A stretch of DNA of 64,000 nt from a virus, in the IMG/VR virus record IMGVR_UViG_3300045988_089740. One strand, 5' to 3'. This document shows, one piece after another, positions 43,658 to 53,404 of this stretch. The notes under the pieces are model-generated. The model did no database searches and was not told where the DNA came from. It worked only from the letters and a program-made list of their open reading frames with translations. The position numbers and the translations under genes were made by a program. Within the stretch, counting starts at the first letter, position 1. Each line of letters begins with the position of its first letter.

Positions 43658-44635
43658 ATGAACAAAGAGTTTAATTATCCAAGAGATTTTAAAGGAGTAT
43701 GGATCCCGAAACAGGTTTTTCTTGATGAAAGATTAAATGCGATTGAAAAATTGATTCTGGCAGAAGTCGACAGTCTTGATGTAGAAGGAAGCGAAGGATG
43801 CTTTGCGAGCAATGAATATTTAGCAAATTTCTGTCAATGCAGTGTAACAAAAGTTTCTACTTCTGTTTCCAAGTTAATAAAGCTTGGATATCTTTATGTG
43901 CTTAAAAATGACGGAAGAAAAAGGTACTTAAAGAGTAGGCTTTCAAATTTTGAAAGCCAGGAATTTAAAAACAGTAATTCAGACACGCCAAATATGAAAC
44001 ATAGTAATAATAGTTATGAATACAGTGTAGATGATATAGATAAAGACTTTATTTTATCAAATAAAGAGAAAAAGACTTTACCAAAGAATGGTAAAGGTTC
44101 AAAGACTTCTGCTCCTAATAATATTAATATACTAGATATAAATAATATACCCTCACGGACAACTGAGCAGAAGGAAGTGTACCGCAAGCAAAAACAGAAA
44201 AATCGTTCTGAGAAATACCGGGACGAAGATGTACCACAGATTCTGTATAATGAGTTTGATTCACTGTATGGTGAACAGGAGAATATTCTGGAAGATCATG
44301 ACATCTGTCTGACCATGGCAGTTATCGCTTATTACTTCAAGCAGTACCGGGAGCACATGGGCGAACAGCATATAATGATTTCAACCAAATACGCAAATCA
44401 GTTCATGGGAGTTATCATTGGCGATGATTCGCCACTTCTGAAAGCGGACGTGGAAGAAAAAGATGAACTCCGGTTCTATCAGGACATGATAGACGAGTTT
44501 TTTAAATCAGACCTTGGTCAGCGAAATGGAAAAGACTTCGATCGTCATATCTGGCTGTTCTTCACTGAAGAGAATCAGAGAATCTTGTGTGAACGGGTAA
44601 AGCAGAAATGGGATAACCAAGAATACATTGACTAA
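43658..44635 (+). CDS. wHTH (DnaD/replisome-organizer N-like) domain protein
   Basis: SD AAGGAGG then ATG 43658; FKGVWIPKQVFLDERLNAIEKLILAEVDSL...SKLIKLGYLYV. Confidence 0.45.
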   Translation: MNKEFNYPRDFKGVWIPKQVFLDERLNAIEKLILAEVDSLDVEGSEGCFASNEYLANFCQCSVTKVSTSVSKLIKLGYLYVLKNDGRKRYLKSRLSNFESQEFKNSNSDTPNMKHSNNSYEYSVDDIDKDFILSNKEKKTLPKNGKGSKTSAPNNINILDINNIPSRTTEQKEVYRKQKQKNRSEKYRDEDVPQILYNEFDSLYGEQENILEDHDICLTMAVIAYYFKQYREHMGEQHIMISTKYANQFMGVIIGDDSPLLKADVEEKDELRFYQDMIDEFFKSDLGQRNGKDFDRHIWLFFTEENQRILCERVKQKWDNQEYID

Positions 44636-44746
44636 ATCAATCCAAAATCCGTTTGAAATACCGTAGGTGATAATTTCCTCACGCAAACGATTCAAATTGA
44701 TTCTGGCTTAAAATAATACAGTAATTAATTAGAAAGTGAGAAAGAA

Positions 44747-45601
44747 ATGAGTAGACTTGGAAAAGAAATGCCGGCAGAATATTCTGATCAGTTTGATGAA
44801 CTGAGACAAAACCGGTGCGAAACAAGCTTTTACAAATACGGCACTGCAAAAGATAATTTCGGCGAGAAATTGGTAAATGCCATAGAATCTCATGATATGT
44901 GCATCAAAAAATATCTTAAAACCGGCAACACGGAGTATCTTTGCGATGCTGCAAATTATCTGATGTTCGAATTTATGTACCCACAAAAAGACGGTGCTTA
45001 TTTCAAGGCTACTGATAGTGGTGAAAGTGCCGGATGCGCTCTGATGGACGATGCAGTTAATGACATCAAAGGCGATCTGGTTGGAAATGGATATACAATC
45101 CGCACCTATAATAACTACGGTCAAAAGGTCATGACCACGGTCGGCGACAAGATCAATGTTCAAGGGAATCCGATTGAGACAACTTCTTACAACAGTGATG
45201 GAACTGTGATCAGCGGATATGAGCTGTCATCCGTGATCACGATCAATATTGATGGCAATGAAATCCAGAGCTGCGGCGACACCTGCATATTTGAGCAAGA
45301 TGGTCTGGAACCGGACGTGGATTTTGAGCAGACTGATATTTACAGTCAATCTACAGGAAAGCTTTCTGACAATACTTACGTTGCCGGGATCGTAAATCAG
45401 TACAAGAATTATTTTGGAAAATCCAGAGTTGTTGTGATTAAATCTCAGCTGGGGCAGCCTATTACAGCATATTCTGGTGACGAAGTATACTGGAAGATTC
45501 CGAAGAAGTTGCCGAAAATGACAAAACTCATGATTGACGGGAAAGCCCTTTACATCCACCGGGCGAACTTTCAGATCATTGACACAGCCTTGCTCAAATA
45601 A
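44747..45601 (+). CDS. hypothetical protein, 284 aa
   Basis: ORF with weak SD; N-terminal helical segment ..TGNTEYLCDAANYLMFEF, beta-rich C-terminus. Confidence 0.5.
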   Translation: MSRLGKEMPAEYSDQFDELRQNRCETSFYKYGTAKDNFGEKLVNAIESHDMCIKKYLKTGNTEYLCDAANYLMFEFMYPQKDGAYFKATDSGESAGCALMDDAVNDIKGDLVGNGYTIRTYNNYGQKVMTTVGDKINVQGNPIETTSYNSDGTVISGYELSSVITINIDGNEIQSCGDTCIFEQDGLEPDVDFEQTDIYSQSTGKLSDNTYVAGIVNQYKNYFGKSRVVVIKSQLGQPITAYSGDEVYWKIPKKLPKMTKLMIDGKALYIHRANFQIIDTALLK

Positions 45602-45764
45602 AACGGCTTAAATACGGGCACGATTTTTTTAAACGATAAAACTCCACAGAAACACAAAAAATGGATTCTGCATGATTTTGCCTAATCAATTACTGCGATT
45701 CTCATTGTAGTTTCTCTTTATCAGATGTATAATTGGATTATCAATTAAAGGGAGGAAAAAGAAA

Positions 45765-46652
45765 ATGAAAAAGTGGAAAAAGTTTACAGTGATTTTGCTG
45801 GCAATGATTATGGCACTTGCCATGGCGGTTCCGGCATCGGCGGCAACAGTTAAAATTAACAAAACAAAGGTGACGATTTGCACAGGACAGACATTGCAGC
45901 TGAAGATGGTCGGAACGAAAGCGAAGCCAAAATGGTCTAGTAATTCAAGAAATGCAGTTGTGAACAGTACTGGGAAAGTTACCGCAAAGGCCCGGGGAAA
46001 AGCCACGATTACTGCTAAAATCGGGAAAAAGAGTTATAGATGCATGATAATAATAGAATCACCCAAAATTAGCAGCACAAGTGTTTCACTGTACAAAGGA
46101 AAAACGGCGCAGCTTAAAATGCTGAATACGAAACAGAAATACAGATGGACATCTTCAAACGCCAAAGTTGCGACAGTTTCGTCAACCGGTAAGATTAGAG
46201 GAAAAAGTGCCGGGACTGCTTATGTTTCCGCCAGAAGTGCGTCTGGTAAAACATTTAAGTGCAAAGTCACGGTCAAGAACACACCTAGCAAACTTAAAAT
46301 GCTTTTACCAAACCAAAAAGAGTGTGGAGATGCAGATTTCTTTATTGAATATAATTCTCAAAGAAGTACAAATGGTAAAACCGTACTTATGCAGTTATAT
46401 AAACAATTCCCGATGGGGTATATTAACTTTTCGGCCAGTAATGTCGATCGTGGCTTAACGACATATATCTATATTGATGGAAAACTTTGGGATCAGAACA
46501 GAGGTACTTCTGTTAGCGGCGGGGGATCATTGGATGACATTTATATAAAACCTGGAACACATGTTGTTGAAATGGTGCAATTTGCGAATAATAATCGTTA
46601 TGGAAAAGTGAAGTCGTATCGTAGAGCGATGTACAAAGTGATTTACAAATAA
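45765..46652 (+). CDS. secreted protein with three Big_2-like Ig repeats
   Basis: Signal peptide MKKWKKFTVILLAMIMALAMAVPASA; repeats ..L.L....KPKWSSSN..VA.V...GK..AK..G.A.I.A. Confidence 0.65.
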   Translation: MKKWKKFTVILLAMIMALAMAVPASAATVKINKTKVTICTGQTLQLKMVGTKAKPKWSSNSRNAVVNSTGKVTAKARGKATITAKIGKKSYRCMIIIESPKISSTSVSLYKGKTAQLKMLNTKQKYRWTSSNAKVATVSSTGKIRGKSAGTAYVSARSASGKTFKCKVTVKNTPSKLKMLLPNQKECGDADFFIEYNSQRSTNGKTVLMQLYKQFPMGYINFSASNVDRGLTTYIYIDGKLWDQNRGTSVSGGGSLDDIYIKPGTHVVEMVQFANNNRYGKVKSYRRAMYKVIYK

Positions 46653-46712
46653 AGCTATGGACCGGGGAGAAATCTCCGGTTCTTTCTTTTTTGCTTGAAT
46701 GCCATATGTAAA

Positions 46713-46800
46713 AATATGGAATCATATTATATTAAAAACGTATAATGAATAATCATAAAGCGTCTATCTTTTGATAGGCGCTTTTTTCATGTACAAAAAT
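46713..46800 (+). promoter_or_regulatory. late-operon cassette copy 3
   Basis: AATATGGAATCATAT 46713-46727; TATAAT 46741-46746; hairpin GCGTCTATC/GATAGGCGC 46760-46781; U6; CATGTACAAAAAT. Confidence 0.55.
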
Positions 46801-46815
46801 GAGGTGATTATTCAT

Positions 46816-47181
46816 ATGGCAGACGTTTTTATAAAAATCAATGGTGCAGCGATGCCTTGCCCATCTTCTTTTACCTGGGGGCTGCAAGATATTTCAGCAT
46901 CAGAATCTGGACGTACTGATGATACGATCATGCATAAAAACCGCGTTGGCCAGAAACGGAAACTGGCTGTTGGATGGAATGCACCGGATTGGGATACTGC
47001 TTGCAAGATCGTACAGGCTGTAAACCCAGAGTATTTTTCCGTTGAATATCCTGATCTTTTATCTGGAAATAAACATGAAGTAAGAACTTTTTATGTCGGT
47101 GACCGGTCTGCCCCGTTCAAATATTGGTGGGTAGGAAATCAGCGGATGGAAGGTTTGCAGTTTGATTTGATTGAAAAGTAG
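46816..47181 (+). CDS. small distal-tail (Dit-like) protein
   Basis: SD GAGGTG then ATG 46816; first gene after tape measure/moron block, before Tal. Confidence 0.4.
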   Translation: MADVFIKINGAAMPCPSSFTWGLQDISASESGRTDDTIMHKNRVGQKRKLAVGWNAPDWDTACKIVQAVNPEYFSVEYPDLLSGNKHEVRTFYVGDRSAPFKYWWVGNQRMEGLQFDLIEK

Positions 47182-47192
47182 GAGGTGAGAAT

Positions 47193-50100
47193 TTGAGGTA
47201 TGTTTCCAGCAGATTTAAAACTGAACAGAATAACGACAATAGGAACTATCTGAAATATGCGGATATCACATTGACAGATGGAACGGTTCTCAATCTTACC
47301 AATACGGATTTTTGGTCAAATGGAATGAAATTTGAAGATTCAGTATCCGATGATAGCGCTTTTACAATTGGATCTGCGAATATAAACACAGTAAATCTGT
47401 CAATTAATAACTTTGATGAAAAGTATACGGATTACGATTTCACAAATGCAGAAGTGATCTGTTATGTTGGACTTGAAGTGGAACCAACATCCGGAACTGA
47501 AAAAGAAATAGAAAAAATCCGAATTTGCACCATGACCGTGGTTGATACACCATATCAGGATACTACGATCATTGAACTAACATGCGAGGATAATATGCGA
47601 AAATTTGATCGTGATTATTCTGAGAGTAAGCTCAAGTATCCGGCGACACGTCGGCAAATAATCCAAGACGCATGTAATGTATGTGGAGTAACACTGGATA
47701 CATTATCGTTCGATCAAGATTCTTATCAAATCGTAACAAGGCCGGATGATGATGCATTAACTTTTCGTCAGGTGTTAGCATGGGTATGCCAGATCGGATG
47801 TCAGTATGCCAGATGCGATAGATATGGCAGACTGACTATAAAATGGTACGATACGGAAATTGTTGATGCGAATAGAATTGAAATTAATTCTACGAGCAAA
47901 TTTACCCCAAATTTAGATGATGTGGTTATAACTGGCGTAAGGGTAACAGAATATATTGAGGCTACATCCGATGATAAAACCGCAAGTTCATACTTGTATG
48001 GAAATGAAGGATACGTCCTGGAAATCAGCGAAAATAAACTGATCCCACAGGGAACCGGTGAGACTGTAGCTGCAATGATCGGCGAAAAATGCGTTGGAAT
48101 GTCGTTTCGCCCATTTGAAACGCAGTGCTTAACAGACATATCTATTGAAGCCGGGGACGCTGTTTTAATAACGGACAGAAAAGGTAATAAATATAAAAGC
48201 TTTTTAACGAATGTTGTACTACAACCCGGAGTATTCGAACAAATTTCTTGCAATGCTGAGAGCGCAGCTAGAAACAGTTCAAAACAATATTCTTTGATTA
48301 CGCAAACAGTTGTTGATGCTAGAAAGTCAGTGCAAAAGGAAAAAGCGCAACGAGAGCTTGCACTTGAAGAATTTGAGAAAAGGCTTGACAAATCATCAGG
48401 GGTTTTTACCACTATCGAAACTCAAGAGGACGGGAGTAAAATTTTTTATTTGCATGATAAGCCCAAATTAAGTGAATCGCAGGGAATATGGCGGATGACG
48501 GCGGAAGCCTGGGGCGTATCAAACGACGGCGGAAATACCTGGAACGGCGGAATGACTGTTGATGGAGACGCTATAGTTCGTATTTTGGAAGCGGTTGGAG
48601 TTAACGCAAATTGGATCAATGCCGGAGCCATTACCGTAAAAGACGCAGAAGGGAATCTTCTATTCTCTGTTGACATGGATACAAAATCGGTATATATCAG
48701 CGGAAATGTGCAGATTGGCGGCGGAAAAACATTTGACGATACATTGAAAGAGTTTGCTGCATCTGCAAAAAATATGACCATTCAGCTGAGCAATGAATAT
48801 CAGGGCATTCCTGTTAATTCTGATGGGAATTATATCAACTTTCCAGAATGCTCAACTCAGGTTACGGTGATGTACGGCGCACAGGATATCACGGAGAACT
48901 GTTCGTACACTATAACCGAATCTCAGAATATCTCGGGATCCTGGGACGAAGTTGAACACACGTATACAGTTGAAAGCTTAACTGCCGACAGTGGCTGGAT
49001 TGATATAAGAGCTACTTATCTTGAGAACCTGTCAGTATCGAAACGATTCACGATAGCTAAGCAGTATGCCGGAGAACAGGGTACAGCCGGAAGAACATAT
49101 TTTATAAATGCCGATGCTGACATTTTGCTGATGGGGGCTGACAAGAAGATCACTCCGAATGTTCTGAACTTGAGGCCTTACTATAGAGATGGTCAGGAAG
49201 ATGCTAAAAACTTTTATGCCTGGTGGACTATCGAAAAAAGCGTTGATAACGGCTCTTCCTGGGAAGATATAAGCACATACAGCACCTCGATGAAGCTGAT
49301 CCAGATTCAGCTGAACGCGCTGTCTCTTGAAGCACATGACATGATAAGGGCCAGCGCTTATGCCGATAAAGAAAAAACTATACTATGTGATCAGCAGACG
49401 TTCCCGGTAGCACTTGACGTTTCTGCTCTGTCTCAGAAAGATATTGTAGAAATTCTGTCTAATAACGGAGCTTGGAAAGGACTATACTATCTGAACAATG
49501 AGCTGTATGTTTCTTTCAATGCGGCGCTCGGAGGAATACTGACACTCGGTGGACAGAACAACGGGAACGGGCTTCTGATCCTTCTTGACGACGAAGGGTC
49601 GGAGATAGGCCGGATGTCGTCCGGAGGAATGTCATTTCGAAATTCTGATAACAACATAGTCATAAGAATTAATAAGAGCGGAATGTTCTTCTATGATTCG
49701 ACCGGTCAAAAAAGAAAAGTGCTTACTGACAGTTCCGGCATCACTATGTATACGGATTATACAGACGCAAACAACTGGAAAGCCATAAAAATCGGTAAGT
49801 ACGGAATTTATGCAGCAGAAAAGAGCGGCGGAGCGGAAGATCTCTGGATGGAGGGTGATACCAGCCACCAATGGGATGGATATATTCTAAGATTTTTAAA
49901 TGGTGCAGTTCGTTTAAATGCAAATGCAGTATATACAGACGGTTGTTCGATGGGAAAGAACCTGACTACTTCGGGAACTCTTTCAGTATCTGGTGACACT
50001 GGCCTTAAAGGAGATGCTTACGTAGCTGGAAACTTTTCGTTCAGAGACTATAAAGAAGAAGAAGCCAATACAAGCACAAGAAGAAGACCCGTATCATCGG

Positions 50101-50561
50101 CAAGCGCCGCATTGAACAGGGTAGCTTATCTGTCATCGGCAACACGATCAAATAAAGCCGCATTGACGGTATCGGCCCAGTGGGGTTCGAGTAACTATAC
50201 TACAAACACTTTATATAACGATTCTGCTTCCGATATCCGATTAAAAGAGAATGTTTTAGACTGCGAAATTAATGCTCTTGATGCGGTCTGCAAAATGCCG
50301 GTATGCTCATTCGACTGGAAAGAAACTGGCGTCCATCAGCCGCTCGGACTTGTTGCAGATGATATTGAAAAAATAGATCCGTTACTGGCACTAGGCGGTG
50401 GTGAGAACGAAGACGGAAGCATGAATGTTAAGCAGATTGACAGGCTTCTTCTGACCGAATATGCAATTAAAGCAATCCAGGAACTGTCAGCTACAGTAAA
50501 AGAGCAGAGCTGCAAGATTAGAAAATTGGAGGGAAAATTGGATGGAATTAAAGGGAATTGA
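47193..50561 (+). CDS. tail-associated lysin/fibre (Tal-like) with C-terminal S74 intramolecular chaperone domain
   Basis: TTG start after GGAGGTG; 1122 aa; C-terminus SDIRLKENV..DAV..MPV..F.WKE....LGLVADDIEKI matches peptidase S74 auto-cleaving chaperone. Confidence 0.7.
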   Translation: MRYVSSRFKTEQNNDNRNYLKYADITLTDGTVLNLTNTDFWSNGMKFEDSVSDDSAFTIGSANINTVNLSINNFDEKYTDYDFTNAEVICYVGLEVEPTSGTEKEIEKIRICTMTVVDTPYQDTTIIELTCEDNMRKFDRDYSESKLKYPATRRQIIQDACNVCGVTLDTLSFDQDSYQIVTRPDDDALTFRQVLAWVCQIGCQYARCDRYGRLTIKWYDTEIVDANRIEINSTSKFTPNLDDVVITGVRVTEYIEATSDDKTASSYLYGNEGYVLEISENKLIPQGTGETVAAMIGEKCVGMSFRPFETQCLTDISIEAGDAVLITDRKGNKYKSFLTNVVLQPGVFEQISCNAESAARNSSKQYSLITQTVVDARKSVQKEKAQRELALEEFEKRLDKSSGVFTTIETQEDGSKIFYLHDKPKLSESQGIWRMTAEAWGVSNDGGNTWNGGMTVDGDAIVRILEAVGVNANWINAGAITVKDAEGNLLFSVDMDTKSVYISGNVQIGGGKTFDDTLKEFAASAKNMTIQLSNEYQGIPVNSDGNYINFPECSTQVTVMYGAQDITENCSYTITESQNISGSWDEVEHTYTVESLTADSGWIDIRATYLENLSVSKRFTIAKQYAGEQGTAGRTYFINADADILLMGADKKITPNVLNLRPYYRDGQEDAKNFYAWWTIEKSVDNGSSWEDISTYSTSMKLIQIQLNALSLEAHDMIRASAYADKEKTILCDQQTFPVALDVSALSQKDIVEILSNNGAWKGLYYLNNELYVSFNAALGGILTLGGQNNGNGLLILLDDEGSEIGRMSSGGMSFRNSDNNIVIRINKSGMFFYDSTGQKRKVLTDSSGITMYTDYTDANNWKAIKIGKYGIYAAEKSGGAEDLWMEGDTSHQWDGYILRFLNGAVRLNANAVYTDGCSMGKNLTTSGTLSVSGDTGLKGDAYVAGNFSFRDYKEEEANTSTRRRPVSSASAALNRVAYLSSATRSNKAALTVSAQWGSSNYTTNTLYNDSASDIRLKENVLDCEINALDAVCKMPVCSFDWKETGVHQPLGLVADDIEKIDPLLALGGGENEDGSMNVKQIDRLLLTEYAIKAIQELSATVKEQSCKIRKLEGKLDGIKGN

Positions 50562-52182
50562 CGTATCATCTAATCAGGGGAAACCGGACTGGGCGAAAGT
50601 GGCTAAATCCGGCATTAAATTCGCCATTTTAAGAATCCATCAGAAAACAGGTGTTGACAGCTCATTCGAGTACAACTACAAGGGATGCAAGAGCAACGGA
50701 ATTCTTGTCGGTGGATACAAATATTCTTACGCTCTGACACCGGCACAGGCGATTGACGAAGCAGAAGATGTGATTGCCGCACTGAACGGGCGGGGACTGG
50801 ACTTCCCAGTGTTCTATGACCTCGAGTGGTCTAATCAACGAAAGCTCGGCAAACAGGCAGTTGAAAACATTGCGGTCGCATTTCTGACAAGGATGAAAAA
50901 AGCCGGTTATAAGGTCGGCATCTACTGCAATCTGGACTGGTATAATAACGTTCTGACTGATGCACTCAGAAAGTATGAGTGCTGGATTGCTCATTACCCA
51001 GACCCCGACAATGGGACAATGCAAACAAGAGTAAAACCAAAAGCAGGAATTGGCTGGCAGTATTCCAGCAAAGGAAAAGTATCCGGTATCAGCGGAAATG
51101 TCGATATGGATGTGTTCTACAAAGACTATAGAGGAACGACACAGAAAGGAGAAACAACAGTGGTTAAAACAAAATTACAGAAATTTCTTGAACTTGGTGA
51201 TTATTATGCTTCAAACGGCGGATATCTAGAAAAGAAGAGCGATGCTTATCTGGATGATTTCAAAAAGAACGCCGGTTATAACAACTACACCAGATTTGCC
51301 CGTGATGTAAATTCCTGGGGGCAGCCGGGTTGCCAGGCTCAGCCATGGTGTGCAGAGTACCAGTTCTGGAAGCTGGTGAATGTTCTGGGAATCACAAGAA
51401 CATTGCAGATTATGGGCGGTGGATTCTATAACTGCAAGAGCATCACAAATCACGCCAAAAGCAATGGAACATGGCACAAATCACCAAAAGTAGGTGCGTT
51501 GATTATATTTCGTAACGGTTCCCATGTTGGCTCTGTCCGCAGTTTCAATGGTAGTGCCGTATATACTAACGAGGGAAATACTTCCAGTGCTGCCGGTGTG
51601 GTTGCAAATGGCGGAGCTGTACGCAACAAATCCTACGCTATCAACGATTCTGCAATCGACGGATATGTTTGGATTGACTGGGGAAGCGAGGGACAGACTG
51701 CGACTTGGAAAGCAACCGGTACAGCTACTTCCACAGCAGACGATTTATATGTCCGTGAAAGCCCGAACGGATATGTTCTCGGAAAAATTAACAAAGGAAA
51801 CCGTGTTGAGATCAATGGAGAAAAGTCCGGTGCATGGACTAAGATCAAGGTCGCTGGAATCGGAATCGGCTGGGCTGCTACGAAGTATCTTGCTGTTGAT
51901 GGGGCAAAAAATGTGGCTGCAACTGCAACAACAATCGCCAAAAAGCAAGACAAGAACCAGAGGTTGTACACTGGACAGGTTACGGCTTCCAGCCTGAACG
52001 TCCGCACATGGGCTGGAGCAGAGTATCCGAACATCAAAAAATATCCGACATTGAACAAAGGAAACAAGGTTGATGTTATGAACTTCACTCAGAAAGCAAG
52101 TGACGGTAACTCTTGGTACTACATCCGCATTGCTGGAAAGTACTTTGGATTCGTTTCCGCAAAATATATCAAAAAGGTATAA
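50542..52182 (+). CDS. endolysin: GH25 muramidase + CHAP + two SH3 domains
   Basis: GIDVSSNQG..FAILRI..DLEW (GH25); QPWCAEY..GSHVGSV (CHAP Cys/His); two SH3-like C-terminal repeats. Confidence 0.8.
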   Translation: MELKGIDVSSNQGKPDWAKVAKSGIKFAILRIHQKTGVDSSFEYNYKGCKSNGILVGGYKYSYALTPAQAIDEAEDVIAALNGRGLDFPVFYDLEWSNQRKLGKQAVENIAVAFLTRMKKAGYKVGIYCNLDWYNNVLTDALRKYECWIAHYPDPDNGTMQTRVKPKAGIGWQYSSKGKVSGISGNVDMDVFYKDYRGTTQKGETTVVKTKLQKFLELGDYYASNGGYLEKKSDAYLDDFKKNAGYNNYTRFARDVNSWGQPGCQAQPWCAEYQFWKLVNVLGITRTLQIMGGGFYNCKSITNHAKSNGTWHKSPKVGALIIFRNGSHVGSVRSFNGSAVYTNEGNTSSAAGVVANGGAVRNKSYAINDSAIDGYVWIDWGSEGQTATWKATGTATSTADDLYVRESPNGYVLGKINKGNRVEINGEKSGAWTKIKVAGIGIGWAATKYLAVDGAKNVAATATTIAKKQDKNQRLYTGQVTASSLNVRTWAGAEYPNIKKYPTLNKGNKVDVMNFTQKASDGNSWYYIRIAGKYFGFVSAKYIKKV

Positions 52183-52189
52183 GATTTAA

Positions 52190-52220
52190 GCCCCTTGGAG
52201 TTAATCCTTGGGGCTTTTTT
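52190..52220 (+). terminator. intrinsic terminator after endolysin
   Basis: GCCCC-TT-GG / CC-TT-GGGGC hairpin + U6. Confidence 0.55.
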
Positions 52221-52460
52221 CCTTTAAACCAAATTTATGTTCTGATTGATTTTTCCTTCAGAACAAGGTATACTATCAACAGCCGCACAGGGGTTGAACT
52301 TATGATGTAAAGTTTCCTGTGTGGCTAGCACAAGTTGATAGTGCAGATTGATTCCACCGTGCATGAACGGAAGAGTTGTATGTCCCAATTCGGGGGCTGT
52401 TAGCAGCGGCACGAGTGGACAGTCAGGAAAAGAGTTGGGCCTAAAAACCCGACTCTTTTC

Positions 52461-53162
52461 TTATTCTTCGAGATATTCTTGATATATCTGTTCTATTTCT
52501 CTTTTTCGATTCTGGGATATTGAAACGATATCACCGGAAATCATTTTGATGTCAGATTCAATGTTTGCGATGTAATCCATGTTTACGATATAACTGCGGT
52601 GGCACCGTACAAAACGCCGATCCAGAACTTTTTCTATCTCATGCAGACGCCGGTAAAAGCCATACTGATGCCTGTCCGTGCAATGGATGATGCACATTTG
52701 ACCACGGCTTTCTATATATTCGATGTTTCGGAAGAAAACCCTGTGGAAATCACCTTTGAATTTTACAGTAAGCATCCGTTCTTTCAATCTTCCGAGCGTA
52801 GTATCAATTACGGAAAACATCCTTCCATCTTCATGTCCTTTGATAACATACTGTGTTGCTCGAACATCAAAAGCATCACGCATGTAGCCGGCATGAGCTG
52901 TCCAGAACATCAGACTTCCGGAATAACCAGAGCCACGTAACTTATATGCTACATCAACACCACTTTCACCATCTTTTAAAATGATGTCCAACACGATCAA
53001 GTCAAACCATTCACCGTCTTTCACATCATCCACAAGAGGGACACCAGAAGTGTATTCTGAAATCTGATACGAACGGTCGCCCTTTTTCTTCAAAAATGAC
53101 TCAGCCCTTGTCTTGAAATAATCAATATCAAGCTGGTTATCGTCAAGTATCGCTATTCGCAT
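52461..53162 (-). CDS. LytTR-family response regulator (orphan)
   Basis: REC domain MRIAILDDN..DLIVLDIIL; LytTR domain FFRNIEYIESRGQMCIIH..FVRCHRSYIVNMDYI; no kinase gene nearby. Confidence 0.8.
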   Translation of the reverse strand: MRIAILDDNQLDIDYFKTRAESFLKKKGDRSYQISEYTSGVPLVDDVKDGEWFDLIVLDIILKDGESGVDVAYKLRGSGYSGSLMFWTAHAGYMRDAFDVRATQYVIKGHEDGRMFSVIDTTLGRLKERMLTVKFKGDFHRVFFRNIEYIESRGQMCIIHCTDRHQYGFYRRLHEIEKVLDRRFVRCHRSYIVNMDYIANIESDIKMISGDIVSISQNRKREIEQIYQEYLEE

Positions 53163-53404
53163 TTATATCACACCCTTTTTATTATGCGAAAACCCACTAT
53201 TTATTCAATTTACCAATTTTTACGGTGAAATGTTGTATAATTTACAATGCAGATAGTATTTATACAGATATTATACTACAGCAGTTTAATACTGTAAATG
53301 GGCTGAATTGCCGGAAATTTACCAAAGCTGCTCTCCTGTGATAAAAAAAGTGCTTAAATATCCGGCAGTCAGTCCATAAATAAAAGATATGAGAAAATTA
53401 TATT

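Noticed and set aside
47801-48412. 203-aa minus-strand ORF inside the Tal gene
   Set aside because: It is antisense to a 1122-aa structural gene and has no independent signals.
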